Shown here: one piece after another, positions 11,562 through 23,401 of the stretch
How positions within the stretch are numbered: the first letter of the stretch is position 1
How the letters are laid out: the number at the start of each line of letters is the position of its first letter
From: Paenisporosarcina sp.
Lineage (GTDB): Bacteria; Bacillota; Bacilli; Bacillales_A; Planococcaceae
NCBI GenBank assembly: GCA_041605715.1
Contig: JBFIXW010000002.1
Coordinates: forward strand, 5,873 to 69,872
Reading direction: 5' to 3'
Length of the DNA: 64,000 bases
Position numbers and translations under genes: made by a program
Notes under the pieces: generated by a model
What the model saw: the letters and a program-made list of their open reading frames with translations, nothing else
The model's database searches: none
Told to the model about the DNA's origin: nothing

Positions 11562-11687
11562 GAATTTTAGAATGTGACGCTCGAATCCTTGAACAAGCTA
11601 GGTGAATGCGAGAATAGCACCATTCAAATGGAGAACAGCCTTAACGAATCCTTGAACATGACCCTAGAAATCAAGCATGTCACTTTC
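11562..11687 (+). repeat. degenerate 21-bp tandem repeat (5-6 units)
   Basis: Units start at 11562, 11583, 11604, 11625, 11646; GAATCCTTGAACA recurs at 63-bp distance. Confidence 0.65.
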
Positions 11688-11704
11688 CCCTTCACTCTCT
11701 ATTT

Positions 11705-11751
11705 AAAAAAACACGAAGAAATCAATTCCACTTGGGACTGATTTCTTCGTG
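11705..11751 (-). terminator. terminator of ccpA
   Basis: aaaaaaa-cacgaagaaatca...tgatttcttcgtg. Confidence 0.8.
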
Positions 11752-11762
11752 CCTAGCACATT

Positions 11763-12770
11763 TTATTGAAGAGGTTTAACAGAATGTCGTTCCTCAATTC
11801 GATGTGGTAAAACAACTGTTTTTTCTTCTATCTTCTCTTTACTCATGAATTTAGTTAATAGACGCATGGAAACGGCACCAATATCATAGAGGGGTAAAAC
11901 CACACTCGTTAATGTTGGACGAACCATTCGAGCTAACTTAGAATTTTCAAAACTTATGACTTCAACGTCTTCAGGAACATTCAAGTCTTGATCTTGAGCA
12001 CCATGGATTAAGCCAATTGCTAATTCATCATTTCCTGCAAAATAAGCAGTCGGTGGATTTTCTATACCTTGAAGACTTATAAATGCTTTAATCCCGTCGT
12101 CATAATTTGCATCACTTTCAATGACTAATGATTGATCGATGGTTAGACCAGCGTCTTCTAACGCTTTTTCATACCCTGTAAATTTGAAGGCACGATTAAT
12201 TGTTGAGCTAAGTGAACCTGAAACAAACGCAATTCGTTTATGATTATTTTGAATAAGTCTACTCACTGCTTCATATGCCGCTTGATGGTAATCAATATTT
12301 ACGGACGGTATCCGATCTGTAGCATCTATTGTCCCCGCTAATACAATTGGTACTGGAGACCTTTCTATCATTTGCAACAAATCATTTGATACTTGTTCGC
12401 TCATTAACACGATCCCATCCACTTGTTTGCCGAACATTGTTTCTAATAGTTGTAATTCTTTCTCTTCTCTCTGATCGGAGTTCGATAAAATAATATTATA
12501 TCGATACATCGTTGCGATATCTTCAATTCCTCTTGCTAGTTCAGCATAAAAAACATTTGAGATATCTGGAATTATTACTCCTACAGTAGTTGTTTTCTTA
12601 CTTGCTAATCCTCTAGCCACAGCATTTGGTCGATATTCTAAACGTTCAATGACATCAAGAACTTTCTTTCTAGTTGCTGGTTTTACATTTGGATTACCAT
12701 TTACTACTCTAGATACAGTTGCCATAGAAACATTTGCTTCTCGCGCAACATCGTAGATTGTTATTGTCAT
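11763..12770 (-). CDS. ccpA: catabolite control protein A
   Basis: [23 protein letters not shown] LacI HTH; downstream of aroA as in Bacillus. Confidence 0.98.
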   Translation of the reverse strand: MTITIYDVAREANVSMATVSRVVNGNPNVKPATRKKVLDVIERLEYRPNAVARGLASKKTTTVGVIIPDISNVFYAELARGIEDIATMYRYNIILSNSDQREEKELQLLETMFGKQVDGIVLMSEQVSNDLLQMIERSPVPIVLAGTIDATDRIPSVNIDYHQAAYEAVSRLIQNNHKRIAFVSGSLSSTINRAFKFTGYEKALEDAGLTIDQSLVIESDANYDDGIKAFISLQGIENPPTAYFAGNDELAIGLIHGAQDQDLNVPEDVEVISFENSKLARMVRPTLTSVVLPLYDIGAVSMRLLTKFMSKEKIEEKTVVLPHRIEERHSVKPLQ

Positions 12771-12964
12771 TTATCTTCACTCCCCGCTCATACCCATTCT
12801 TATTTATTCATCATATAATAGTTTTCTGCCATTATAAAGCAATAACAATAAAATAGAAAAACACCTCTTGTCCACAAGTTGGGACAAGAGGCAGTCAGTC
12901 TTTCATTGATATGAAACGTATGTCATTCGTCTTTCACTATGCTTTATGCCTTACACAGCGTAAA

Positions 12965-14047
12965 TTATTTCATATCATAGTTCTTCATGAATTTTTGCAG
13001 CGAATCGTAGAACTCATCGAATTGTTGTAAATTCATTTGTTGTGCTGCATCTGATAAGGCAACTGCTGGATCTGGGTGGACTTCAGCCATTACTCCATCA
13101 GCCCCGATCGCAATCGCTGCTTTAGCTGCAGGTAGCAATAAATCACGACGTCCTGTGGAATGAGTCACATCCACAAATACTGGTAAATGTGTTTCTTGCT
13201 TTAAAATTGGCACAGCTGAAATATCTAGTGTGTTTCGTGTGGCTTTCTCATACGTACGAATCCCACGTTCGCATAATATTATTTGATCATTACCTTGTGA
13301 AATAATATATTCAGCAGCATTGATGAATTCATCAATCGTTGCAGCCATTCCTCGTTTTAATAGGACGGGTTTCTTAATAGACCCTGCTGCTTTTAATAAT
13401 TCAAAGTTTTGCATATTACGCGCTCCAATTTGAACTACATCAATGTATTCTAAAGCTTCCTCTAAGTGTGAAGGTGTCACAATCTCACTGACAACAGCTA
13501 AATTATATTCTTGTGCAACACGTTTTAAAATTTTCAATCCTTCTAGTCCAAGACCTTGGAAGTCGTAAGGCGATGTTCTTGGTTTATATGCGCCTCCACG
13601 AATCATTCTCAAACCTTTTGCTTGGATGGCTCCGGCAACTGTTGCTACTTGATCGTATGACTCAACTGCACATGGTCCAAATACAAATGATGGACCGCCT
13701 TCTCCAATGCGTTCTCCATTAATCACGACAATCGTATCTTCTGCTTTTTTCTTTCTCGATACTAAAAGTGCTTTACGATGATCATCTTCTTGTAGTTCTA
13801 ATGCAGATTTAAAGATTTCTTTAAATATATGTTCAACTGTCGATTGTGGCAGTGGACCAACGTTATTATCTTTCAATAAATTCAACATATGTCGCTCACG
13901 AAGAGGATCATAACGGTTGACACCTTGCTTTTCTTTTACTTTTCCAATTTCTTGAACTACGCTTGCACGTTCATTAATTAATTTTAATATTTCTAAATTT
14001 AATTCATCAACACGTGTGCGTAAATGATCTAATTCTTGATGGCTCAT
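12965..14047 (-). CDS. aroA: bifunctional chorismate mutase/DAHP synthase
   Basis: N-terminal CM domain ([17 protein letters not shown]), [31 protein letters not shown]; start refined to ATG 14047 after GAGGAG RBS. Confidence 0.96.
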   Translation of the reverse strand: MSHQELDHLRTRVDELNLEILKLINERASVVQEIGKVKEKQGVNRYDPLRERHMLNLLKDNNVGPLPQSTVEHIFKEIFKSALELQEDDHRKALLVSRKKKAEDTIVVINGERIGEGGPSFVFGPCAVESYDQVATVAGAIQAKGLRMIRGGAYKPRTSPYDFQGLGLEGLKILKRVAQEYNLAVVSEIVTPSHLEEALEYIDVVQIGARNMQNFELLKAAGSIKKPVLLKRGMAATIDEFINAAEYIISQGNDQIILCERGIRTYEKATRNTLDISAVPILKQETHLPVFVDVTHSTGRRDLLLPAAKAAIAIGADGVMAEVHPDPAVALSDAAQQMNLQQFDEFYDSLQKFMKNYDMK

Positions 14048-14189
14048 ACCGTGATCTCCTCTCTTCCTGGTACCAGGTCTTTCGGCGAACCGAAAACTAT
14101 GATACATTTTTAGATAATAAAACTATTATAATCAATGAAATTTAGAAAGTCACGCATTTTCTTTATCGCTTCAACGCGCGAAAGTAAAA

Positions 14190-16364
14190 GTGGATTATGA
14201 AGACAAAAGGATGTGCTTTCGATTGGCTGAAAAACTATTCGCTTTAGATATCGGGACGAGATCAGTAGTTGGCATCATATTAGAAGAAAAAAATGATTCC
14301 TACCATGTAGCAGACCTAGTTGTAGAAGAACATAAAGAGCGGGCTATGTTAGATGGACAAATACATAATGTACTAGCTGTTGCAGATGTCATCAGGCACG
14401 TAAAAGAAAATCTTGAACAAACCCATGGGCATCTTACTAAAGTAAGTGTAGCAGCCGCTGGACGTGCTTTAAAAACTGAACAAGCTTTAGTTGAAATGGA
14501 TGTAACAAATCGTCCTCTATTTTCTGAAGAAGATATTAGTCGATTAGAGCTAGCAGCCGTTCAGCAAGCTCAACAACAATTACTCACTGACGATTTAGAA
14601 AACAAAAATAGTCACTACTATTGTGTGGGCTATTCTGTTCTTTATTACAGATTAGATGGTGAAGAAATTGGAAGCTTAGTTGACCAACAAGGTTCGACTG
14701 CTTCGGTTGAAGTTATTGCAACCTTCCTACCACGAGTAGTTGTGGAATCACTTTTATCAGCATTAAAGAGAGCGGACCTTGAAATGGAAGGCTTAACCTT
14801 AGAGCCGATTGCAGCAATTAACGTGCTGATTCCTCCTTCCATGCGAAGATTAAATGTGGCATTGGTTGATATTGGCGCAGGAACTTCTGACATTGCGATT
14901 ACGGATAAAGGTACCGTGGTGGCCTATGGAATGGTTCCAACAGCTGGTGATGAGATAACGGAAGCTATGAGTGATCATTATTTACTAGATTTCCCTTTAG
15001 CTGAAGAAGCAAAAAGAATGATTAACCATTCTGACGAAATTCGTATCCAAGATATTTTAGGATTTGACCAATTTTTCCCTAAAGCTGAAGTTATAGAAGC
15101 ATTACGTCCAGCAACCTCAAATTTAGCTAAATCTATTGCTCATGAAATTTTGAGACTTAATAATCAACAATCACCTAAAGCAATCATGTTAGTAGGCGGT
15201 GGCAGTTTAACACCAGATATTACAAAACATATTGCAGCTGAATTAGAGTTACCAGAGAATCGCGTAGCTGTTAGAGGTATTGATGCTATTCAGTCATTAA
15301 CTAAAGCTCAGCATGTTTCTTCTTCACCGGAATTAGTAACGCCAATAGGGATAGCTATTGCAGCAAGAAAAACACCGATTCATTATATGTCTGTTCAAGT
15401 CAATGAAAAGGTGATTCGACTATTCGAATTAAAAGAAATGACTGTAGGAGATGCTCTTCTAGCAGCGAATATTCGCGCACGTAGTTTATACGGAAAACCT
15501 GGTATGGCATTAGCAGTAAACGTAAATGGTAGAGATATTATGATTCCTGGAGAGCATGGTCAACCTGCAACTTTACATGTAAATGATGAACCTGCCAATA
15601 CAAAGTCTCTCATTAAAAATGGAGATATTATTCATTTAATTGAAGGACGAGATGGATCTAATGCTCAAGTGACAGTACGTGATCTAATCGATGATGCATC
15701 CATTAAAACAGTCATTATAGAAGGCACTATGTATATGGTTGAGCCATTAATTCAAGTCAATGGCAATTCAGCAAATCTTGATTCATCTCTACAAGAAAGA
15801 GATAAAGTAACCATAAAAACGATTGATTCTGCGGAAGAAATTATTAAAGCAACTGGTCAATCACATATGTTCCAAAAGATTAAACCATATTTTATAACAG
15901 TCGATGGAAAATCTGTTTTATTCCCAGAATTTTCTTCACAACTTTTACTCAATGATGTACCCATTAAACTTCAATACCCTGTACAAGATTCTGATATATT
16001 GTCCATATCTAAAAGTATGTCACCAACTGTCCAAAACATTGCGGATCAACTTCAAATAAAGCTTCAAGATACGATAACAATTGCATTTCAAGGTAAACAA
16101 ACTAAACTAGAAAAAAATTGTGTGTCTATACTCGTCAATGGAACTAGGTCGAAATTAAATGATCTTGTTGCTGCTGGAAGTCATATTACAAGTGAGAAGT
16201 TAGACACGAATCCATGGATTTTCCAAGATGTTTTCCGATTTACCGATTGGAAACTTTCTGAACAACAATCCGGTCAATTCGTTATTTTAAGAAATGGACA
16301 GTCATCTACTTTTGATGAACCCATTTTTGGTGGAGATCAGTTAGAAATTAATTTTAGTTCGTGA
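14190..16364 (+). CDS. FtsA/PilM-like actin-fold ATPase with C-terminal ubiquitin-like (ThiS/MoaD-type) repeats; start probably downstream of 14190
   Basis: ALDIGTRSV, LEPIAA, VDIGAGTSD, LVGGGS actin-fold motifs; repeated VNG...GD-type motifs in C-terminal ~320 aa. Confidence 0.8.
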   Translation: MDYEDKRMCFRLAEKLFALDIGTRSVVGIILEEKNDSYHVADLVVEEHKERAMLDGQIHNVLAVADVIRHVKENLEQTHGHLTKVSVAAAGRALKTEQALVEMDVTNRPLFSEEDISRLELAAVQQAQQQLLTDDLENKNSHYYCVGYSVLYYRLDGEEIGSLVDQQGSTASVEVIATFLPRVVVESLLSALKRADLEMEGLTLEPIAAINVLIPPSMRRLNVALVDIGAGTSDIAITDKGTVVAYGMVPTAGDEITEAMSDHYLLDFPLAEEAKRMINHSDEIRIQDILGFDQFFPKAEVIEALRPATSNLAKSIAHEILRLNNQQSPKAIMLVGGGSLTPDITKHIAAELELPENRVAVRGIDAIQSLTKAQHVSSSPELVTPIGIAIAARKTPIHYMSVQVNEKVIRLFELKEMTVGDALLAANIRARSLYGKPGMALAVNVNGRDIMIPGEHGQPATLHVNDEPANTKSLIKNGDIIHLIEGRDGSNAQVTVRDLIDDASIKTVIIEGTMYMVEPLIQVNGNSANLDSSLQERDKVTIKTIDSAEEIIKATGQSHMFQKIKPYFITVDGKSVLFPEFSSQLLLNDVPIKLQYPVQDSDILSISKSMSPTVQNIADQLQIKLQDTITIAFQGKQTKLEKNCVSILVNGTRSKLNDLVAAGSHITSEKLDTNPWIFQDVFRFTDWKLSEQQSGQFVILRNGQSSTFDEPIFGGDQLEINFSS

Positions 16365-16370
16365 ACAAAT

Positions 16371-16407
16371 AAACCCCTCACATCTTTTAAAGTGTGAGGG
16401 GTTTTTA
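16371..16407. terminator. bidirectional terminator between convergent genes
   Basis: aaacccctcaca...tgtgaggggttttt. Confidence 0.8.
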
Positions 16408-16416
16408 GCATAAAAT

Positions 16417-16977
16417 TTATTTATTATTTTGATCTTCTACAGCTTCTTGTAAAGCTTTAGCAGTTGCAGTTAATCCTTTGTTACCTTCATCTGCTACTTC
16501 GTCTACCGTATTTGTAACAGTTTCTAAGAAATCAATTGGCTCTTCTCCTTCAGAAGAAGCAGTGCCATCATCCATCGGAGCTGATGATTTTGTTTTCATC
16601 CCTTTTACTTTATCAACGATTTGTCCAGATTGTTCTTTTAATTGTGTAGACAAATGAGAAGTTTTTTCTTTTGCAGTTGTTGAGAAATCAGCTGTTTTAT
16701 CTTTTAATTGCATTGCTTGGGTTGAAACATTTTCACGTAATTCTCTACCTGTTTTTGGAGCAAGAAATAATGCAGCAGCTGCACCAATTATTCCACCAAC
16801 TAATGCACCAATTACGAAGTCTTTAGAATTCAATTCGTCATTTGAGTAAAGTGAATCGCGATTCCCATTTTGATATTCATAAGATTGTGGTAAATAAGCT
16901 TCCGTTTGTTTAGATTTGTTATTATAAAACTCATGATTATATTGAGCTTCATTGTAATTTGGTTTGTAATTCGTCAT
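16417..16977 (-). CDS. ytxH: YtxH domain general stress protein
   Basis: KDFVIGALVGGIIGAAAALFLAPKTGRELRE motif; start refined to ATG 16977 after AAGGAGG. Confidence 0.88.
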   Translation of the reverse strand: MTNYKPNYNEAQYNHEFYNNKSKQTEAYLPQSYEYQNGNRDSLYSNDELNSKDFVIGALVGGIIGAAAALFLAPKTGRELRENVSTQAMQLKDKTADFSTTAKEKTSHLSTQLKEQSGQIVDKVKGMKTKSSAPMDDGTASSEGEEPIDFLETVTNTVDEVADEGNKGLTATAKALQEAVEDQNNK

Positions 16978-16978
16978 A

Positions 16979-17479
16979 TTAAATTCCTCCTTGATTTTGT
17001 TTTGCATTAACTTCATCAGGATTATTTGAGTATATCGTATATCCTGCTCTTGCTTCTTCAAGCGCTTTTCGTTCTTTCAACTTATCTCGAATGCCCATGA
17101 CAACATTGCTCCATTGTACAACTTGAGCAATTTTGTCTTCATTTTTTTCTACTTCTGTAGAAATAGAAGACGTAATTCTTCTAACTGATGTATTTAATCC
17201 ATTTACAGATTCACCAACATTTTTAACTGCATCCACTACGCTGTTTAGTTTCTCAGATTTATACTGAAGATCTGACGCTAAACCGTTCGTTTTGTGAAGC
17301 AATTCAGTCGTTTCTCTCGTTACACCTTGAAGTTGCCCTTCTAATCCTGCCATTGTATTAGACACGTTTGTAAGGGTCTTTTTCAAAGATGTTAATGTCA
17401 TGGCTAAACTAATACATAAGACTAGAAAGCCTATTGCCGCGATTAAGGCAGCTATGTATAGAATAATTTCCATCTCCAT
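16979..17479 (-). CDS. ytxG: DUF948 general stress protein
   Basis: N-terminal TM then coiled coil; lies between murC and ytxH. Confidence 0.88.
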   Translation of the reverse strand: MEMEIILYIAALIAAIGFLVLCISLAMTLTSLKKTLTNVSNTMAGLEGQLQGVTRETTELLHKTNGLASDLQYKSEKLNSVVDAVKNVGESVNGLNTSVRRITSSISTEVEKNEDKIAQVVQWSNVVMGIRDKLKERKALEEARAGYTIYSNNPDEVNAKQNQGGI

Positions 17480-17647
17480 ACTTTATTCCTCCTCTATGAT
17501 GTTCATATAAACTATGTTCCCATTCACAGCAGTAATTAAACGTGAATGATATCTTTATTCTACAAAAGCTTCAAAAATCCTGCTGATGAATATCGATATC
17601 ATCCTACAAAATAAAAACTCTAGTCAAATATGGCTAGAGTTCCTCTT

Positions 17648-18946
17648 TTATATAATTTTTTCTTCAAAAGCACGTTGGAATTTTTGTACATCTCCAGCAC
17701 CCATGAATAAAAAGACTGCGTTTTTATGGTTTAATAACCGATCAATCTCTTCAGTTGTTAGGACAGAACAATTTGGGATTAAATCACTTAAATCACCAAT
17801 TGATAAATCTCCTACATTTTCACGAGCAGAACCGAATATGTCACATAAATAAACAGCATCCGCACCATCTAAACTTTCAGCAAACTCATTTAAAAAAGTC
17901 CGTGTGCGAGAGAATGTATGAGGTTGGAAAATCGCTACTATTTCGCGTTCAGGGTATTTTTGACGAGCAGATTGAATCGTTGCTTTGATTTCAGTTGGGT
18001 GATGAGCATAATCATCAATTAGAATATGACCACCTTGTTCGCTTTCTGTAAATCTACGTTTAACACCTTTAAAAGTTGCTAATTGAGTTTGTATCGTCTC
18101 AGCTTTGATACCTTCATAGTGACAAAGAGAGATGACAGCTAAAGCATTTAACACCGTGTGATCTCCGAATAATGGAATTTCAAATGTGTAATAGAATTCA
18201 TTCCGAACAAACACATCAAATGTTGAACCCGTCGTTGTTTTAGTTACATTTCTTGCTTCAAAATAATTTTCAGATCCAAATCCATAAAATACAACCGGTA
18301 CATTGGCTTGAATTTTTTGCAAATGCTCATCATCACCACAAGCAATGATAGCTTTATTCACCTGCAAGGCCATCGTCTGGAATGCCGAAAATACATCATC
18401 AATTCCACCAAAATAGTCTGGATGATCGAAATCAACATTGGTCATAATCATGTAGTCCGGGTGGTACGCTAAGAAGTGGCGTCTGTATTCACATGCTTCA
18501 AAAGCAAAATACGTAGCATCTTCTGTACCATGTCCTGTTCCATCTCCGATTAAGTATGTAGTAGGTGCATGACCACCTAATACATGTGACATCAAACCAG
18601 TTGTTGATGTTTTCCCGTGAGAGCCTGTTATACCAATTGATATAAATTGGTTCATTAAATCTCCTAAGAATACATGGTAACGAATTACTTCAATTCCCTT
18701 ATTGTTAGCTTCAACTAATTCTTCATGATCATCACGAAAAGCGTTCCCTGCTATAACAGTCATGCCTTCTTGGATATTTTCTTTGTTAAAAGGAAGAATC
18801 GTAATTCCTCTTTTACGAAGTGGATCTTCTGTGAAGAAGTGCTTTTCAATATCAGATCCTTGAACTTGATTTCCAGCATCATGCAAAATTTGAGCCAGTG
18901 AACTCATACCTGACCCTTTAATACCTGTAAAATGAAACAATGTCAT
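17648..18946 (-). CDS. murC: UDP-N-acetylmuramate--L-alanine ligase
   Basis: [33 protein letters not shown]. Confidence 0.98.
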   Translation of the reverse strand: MTLFHFTGIKGSGMSSLAQILHDAGNQVQGSDIEKHFFTEDPLRKRGITILPFNKENIQEGMTVIAGNAFRDDHEELVEANNKGIEVIRYHVFLGDLMNQFISIGITGSHGKTSTTGLMSHVLGGHAPTTYLIGDGTGHGTEDATYFAFEACEYRRHFLAYHPDYMIMTNVDFDHPDYFGGIDDVFSAFQTMALQVNKAIIACGDDEHLQKIQANVPVVFYGFGSENYFEARNVTKTTTGSTFDVFVRNEFYYTFEIPLFGDHTVLNALAVISLCHYEGIKAETIQTQLATFKGVKRRFTESEQGGHILIDDYAHHPTEIKATIQSARQKYPEREIVAIFQPHTFSRTRTFLNEFAESLDGADAVYLCDIFGSARENVGDLSIGDLSDLIPNCSVLTTEEIDRLLNHKNAVFLFMGAGDVQKFQRAFEEKII

Positions 18947-19095
18947 TATATAAAACCTCCTGGGAAAGGTACCCTAACTTTTCTCCTAAAATACTTACCC
19001 TATTATATCATCAATTAATCTTCACAAGAAATGAACGTTTTTTCTTACTATTTACCAAAGCATATACATTCATTTACAAATGTATTCGCTTTAAA

Positions 19096-21375
19096 TCATC
19101 CAAATAAAGCTTCGAGATCATTTTCAGTAATAAAGACCTCTCTTGCCTTGCTACCTTTTTGCTCAGATACGTAACCATTTTGTTCCATTAAATCCACTAA
19201 TCTTGCCGCTCGGTTATATCCAATATGGAATTTGCGTTGGAGTAACGAGGTAGATGCAGAACCTTGTTCTAAAATGAATCGACAGGCTTCTTCAAAAAGT
19301 TCGTCTTGATCGTCTGAAACTTCGAGTCGTCGTACTAGCTCATCTTGCTCGAATAAGTATTCAGGCTCTCCTTGGCTTCTTACGTGTTCAATAATAGCTT
19401 CCATTTCATCATCGGTCACATAAGTACCTTGGAGACGCACTGGAGCTGACATTCCATTTCCTAAGTACAACATGTCTCCCCGTCCTAATAATCGTTCTGC
19501 ACCCTGTGTATCCAGGATTGTGCGAGAATCAACTTGAGATGATACAGAGAAAGCAATACGAGTTGGGATATTTGCTTTTATTAATCCCGTAATGACATCT
19601 ACAGATGGACGTTGTGTCGCTACTACTAAATGTATGCCACAAGCTCTTGCTTTTTGAGCAATTCGACAAATGGCTTCTTCAACCTCAGTTGGTGCCATCA
19701 TCATTAAATCAGCTAATTCATCAATAACGATTAAAAGATAAGGCATTTTTTGTGCAAATTGACGTTTTTCAGTTGCTATTGAGTTGTATCGAGTAATATC
19801 ACGAACGCCAACATGCGCAAATAATTGATAACGTCTCTCCATCTCTTCTACTGCCCATCGTAAAGCAGCAGTCGCAGCTTTCACATCCGTAATAACAGGA
19901 CTTACTAAGTGAGGAATATGATTAAATGGAGCGAGCTCCACCATCTTCGGATCAATTAGTAGCAATTTCAATTCGGAAGGATTCGATTTGTATAACAAAC
20001 TAATTAATAACGAGTTAATGCATACTGATTTACCTGAACCTGTAGCTCCAGCAATTAAACCATGGGGCATTTTTCGCAAATCGATGGTCACAGGTTTACC
20101 AGTTAAGTCTAGACCTAGTGCTGCTTCTAATGGTGAATCCGACGCAATAAAAGGCTCACTATCTACAACTTCTGAAATACGAACCGGTCTAGATACTCGA
20201 TTTGGTATTTCAATTCCAATTGAACTCTTACCTGGAATCGGTGCTTGAATTCGAATATCTTTTGCAGCTAACGCCAGTTTTAAATCGTCTGCGAGATTTC
20301 TGATTTTACTTACTTTCGTGCCATTCCCCACTGTCATTTCAAATTGAGTGACTGCAGGACCTTGCACCATCTGAATAATTTCACCTTTTACTTGGAAGTA
20401 GGATAACGCTTCTACTAATCTCGTTGCCTGCATTTCCATCCATTCAGTATCCTGTGTTTTCTGCTCAGGTGGTACTAGGAATTGGTGTGGCGGAAAGATG
20501 TACCCATTCTCTTCGGTTGGCAAAGCTGTTGGCTTCGTTTCAACTGGTGCAATCGGTTTAGTAGGTGCCATATTTGTTGCATCCACTTCAGTTGCAACCG
20601 GTTGGTTTAAAGCGTTAATAGTTTGTACTTTAGAAGACATGTCCGTTTTGTTTTCAAGCTTTTGCTTATCCGATTTCAACATCATGACATTGAAGGGTAA
20701 GGTTTTGTTTGAAGTTGGTTTTTCTAAAACTGGTTCAACTTGAACTGCTTCAATCTCCTTTTCATGTACCTCTTCTTTGATAATTATTTCTTTTTGAGAT
20801 TCAGATGTATTTGGAATCTTCCGAGTTGGTTCAGATAAAATGATCGGTTCCGTTATTTCTTCTGGTCTTTCACTAATCTTTACTGGTTCTGGCTCAGTAC
20901 TAATCCTAAATGCTTGACTCGCTTTAGGCTCGTCCAGATTTTTTTTTGCAAGTAATTCTTCAATTGGCTTACCCGTTTTAGCATTCGGACGTGCAAATCC
21001 ATGTATGGGTGAAGGAACTTGAGTCGGTGTAAATGTTTTTGTCGCCACAGGTATTTTTTTTGTTTGTGGAATCACTTTGACTTCTGGTTTTTTTATCGTT
21101 TGAGTGACTGGTGCAGTCGGACGATTTTGTTGCCATTTCTTATGCATATAAAGAGGCTGGATGTCTCCCTCTAGATATTCCTCATCTTTCACATGAGGAA
21201 TATGACCATCATTTTTATGTTCTTTTTCGTCATCACTAATTAATGGAAAACGAAACGGTGTTTTTTTATCTATGTATACTTTAGTATCCGTGTATTCATG
21301 TTCACTTTCGATTTCAACAGAATCCTCTCTATCTGTTGAAAACAAGCGTTGCAATTTATTGGTCAACCAGTTCAA
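19096..21375 (-). CDS. sftA: soluble FtsK-family DNA translocase (SftA-like)
   Basis: GATGSGKS Walker A, IVIDELADLM, ATQRPSVDV, gamma domain; no N-terminal TM; between ytpR and murC. Confidence 0.9.
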   Translation of the reverse strand: MNWLTNKLQRLFSTDREDSVEIESEHEYTDTKVYIDKKTPFRFPLISDDEKEHKNDGHIPHVKDEEYLEGDIQPLYMHKKWQQNRPTAPVTQTIKKPEVKVIPQTKKIPVATKTFTPTQVPSPIHGFARPNAKTGKPIEELLAKKNLDEPKASQAFRISTEPEPVKISERPEEITEPIILSEPTRKIPNTSESQKEIIIKEEVHEKEIEAVQVEPVLEKPTSNKTLPFNVMMLKSDKQKLENKTDMSSKVQTINALNQPVATEVDATNMAPTKPIAPVETKPTALPTEENGYIFPPHQFLVPPEQKTQDTEWMEMQATRLVEALSYFQVKGEIIQMVQGPAVTQFEMTVGNGTKVSKIRNLADDLKLALAAKDIRIQAPIPGKSSIGIEIPNRVSRPVRISEVVDSEPFIASDSPLEAALGLDLTGKPVTIDLRKMPHGLIAGATGSGKSVCINSLLISLLYKSNPSELKLLLIDPKMVELAPFNHIPHLVSPVITDVKAATAALRWAVEEMERRYQLFAHVGVRDITRYNSIATEKRQFAQKMPYLLIVIDELADLMMMAPTEVEEAICRIAQKARACGIHLVVATQRPSVDVITGLIKANIPTRIAFSVSSQVDSRTILDTQGAERLLGRGDMLYLGNGMSAPVRLQGTYVTDDEMEAIIEHVRSQGEPEYLFEQDELVRRLEVSDDQDELFEEACRFILEQGSASTSLLQRKFHIGYNRAARLVDLMEQNGYVSEQKGSKAREVFITENDLEALFG

Positions 21376-21496
21376 AATAAAACCCTCTTTTCATCTCAAT
21401 ATTTCTATTTTATCAGTTTTACCTTGCGTTTTAAATGAATCTAAAAAGAAAAGACTAAGAATCCTTAAAAATGGATACTTAGCCTTGTAAAATGTA

Positions 21497-22102
21497 TTAG
21501 ATTGTAAATGGAATTCCTACTTCTGTCGATTCTTCTAATACTAAAATGCCTTTTTCAGCTGGTGCATCTGGAATCGCTAACTCTTTTGCTGAACAAATCA
21601 TACCGCTCGAAGGCACGCCTCTTAGTTCTGCATCACGAATAACTAAACCAGACGGCATGACAGCTCCAACTTTTGCAACAACTACTTTTTGACCTTCTTC
21701 TACATTAGGTGCACCACAAACTATTTGTATGGTCTCATTCCCAATGTTAACTTGGCATACGTTTAATTTGTCAGCATTCGGATGTCTTTCTTTCGAAGTA
21801 ACATGTCCAACAACAAACTTCGGCGACAAATCGATTTCTAAAACTAAATTCACACCGTTTTTAGTTAACGCTTCTTGCACCTTAGCAACAAGATCTTCAG
21901 TTATTTCTACTGAACCTTTATCAGCAATGCTTACATAATTGCTTGCTTGAAATAAATTAAATGCTCCAACTCTTCCTGATTGTGCATCTTTTATTAAAGT
22001 AATGTCACCTTTTGTTTCAGGTTCAATATTTTCGAATGAATCCATAGTTAATTGGACGAGTAAAACGTCACCAATTCCTTGTGTGTTATAAAACATATTC
22101 AT
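21497..22102 (-). CDS. ytpR: YtpR family tRNA-binding protein
   Basis: [30 protein letters not shown]-fold motifs; synteny. Confidence 0.92.
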   Translation of the reverse strand: MNMFYNTQGIGDVLLVQLTMDSFENIEPETKGDITLIKDAQSGRVGAFNLFQASNYVSIADKGSVEITEDLVAKVQEALTKNGVNLVLEIDLSPKFVVGHVTSKERHPNADKLNVCQVNIGNETIQIVCGAPNVEEGQKVVVAKVGAVMPSGLVIRDAELRGVPSSGMICSAKELAIPDAPAEKGILVLEESTEVGIPFTI

Positions 22103-22914
22103 TTATTTTCTTTCTCCTTTTCAACTCGATTTTTAGCCATGATAAATATTGGCTCTAATTCCCCGTTTTCATAAATAAACGATAAGGATGTAACAGGAAC
22201 CGTTCCGACAGTAAAGAAATGCATTGTCATCTGTGCAAGAACATCGTATCCTACATCATTTCGAATATCGCCAATTATTAATACGTCTTGATGCGGGATA
22301 GATAAAGTCATATCCCCTTCAATTTTCTCTTCCATTTCTTTTAAGAATGATTCATTTAAAATTCGGCTAGCATCATAACCATCATTTACATTTAAGAAAT
22401 AAAAAACATTACCTGCTACATGATCTTCTTTTAATTTGATTGCTAATTTTCTAACTTGGAAACGAGCAGTTTCTTTAACAAGTGATTCGGACAGATTTAA
22501 TTCGTTCAACACCTTTTGGTCAATCAAGCGATACGTATTCCCTAAATCTAAGGCATAATAAATTCTTGTTTCCGCTGTATGATCAGAAGTAATAAAAAGT
22601 TCACCATTATTCGATTTCGTTGGGAATGACGTTGATCTAATTACCGGAAAAATGGAATGATTTGATTGAATAAGTCCCTTAGCTTCCATCTCCATAGCAG
22701 AAAATGTTTGGCTAATCGTATACACAACTTCTTCAATCGCTTGCTCTTTTTTCATTTCATACTTAGCTAAGATTTCCGGTAAAGAAATATCCATTCCCTT
22801 ATTTAACACAGCATGGTCTAACCGGATTCGATCTGTTTTTTTATCGAATTTCCAATTAAAGTTTGGATCAGCTAACTTTACTTTTAAACGATTTACCAAT
22901 TGCTCTGAATTCAT
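22099..22914 (-). CDS. ytpQ: DUF1444 family protein
   Basis: [27 protein letters not shown]; synteny. Confidence 0.9.
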   Translation of the reverse strand: MNSEQLVNRLKVKLADPNFNWKFDKKTDRIRLDHAVLNKGMDISLPEILAKYEMKKEQAIEEVVYTISQTFSAMEMEAKGLIQSNHSIFPVIRSTSFPTKSNNGELFITSDHTAETRIYYALDLGNTYRLIDQKVLNELNLSESLVKETARFQVRKLAIKLKEDHVAGNVFYFLNVNDGYDASRILNESFLKEMEEKIEGDMTLSIPHQDVLIIGDIRNDVGYDVLAQMTMHFFTVGTVPVTSLSFIYENGELEPIFIMAKNRVEKEKENK

Positions 22915-23075
22915 ATTTCCACATCCTTTACAAAAGTAAACGGCTCACACCAATGTGGCGGAACCGTTCATTATTTATTAGATCTATTACATAAGACAAA
23001 GGAATCCGCAATAGATTTGACTATTGTGGTTCCAATCATTTACAACAAATAATAATAGTTTTAACCATTAAATTT

Positions 23076-23387
23076 TTAGATTTTATTTAAGAATTCTTCA
23101 ATTTCTAGTTTCGTTTTACGCTCTTTACTGACAAACCTTCCAACTTCTACACCATCTCTATAAGCTAAAAAACTTGGAATTCCGTAAATTTCATTTTCGG
23201 CACAAATGTCGATGAACTGATCACGGTTAACTGAAATGAATGTTAGGTTGGTAAAAGTTTGTTCTATTTCCGGCATAAATGGATCGATGAAATGACAATC
23301 CGGACACCAGTCAGCCGTAAATAAGAACACAACAGTTGAAGATTGTTTTAATTCATTAAATTGTTCTACTGACTCTAAATTTTTCAT
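23076..23387 (-). CDS. ytpP: thioredoxin-family protein
   Basis: FTADWCPDC motif; synteny. Confidence 0.9.
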   Translation of the reverse strand: MKNLESVEQFNELKQSSTVVFLFTADWCPDCHFIDPFMPEIEQTFTNLTFISVNRDQFIDICAENEIYGIPSFLAYRDGVEVGRFVSKERKTKLEIEEFLNKI

Positions 23388-23401
23388 TCATCAAACCTCC
23401 A

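Noticed and set aside
14190-16364. Canonical cell-division ftsA
   Set aside because: About 300 aa too long, no adjacent ftsZ, repeat-containing C-terminus
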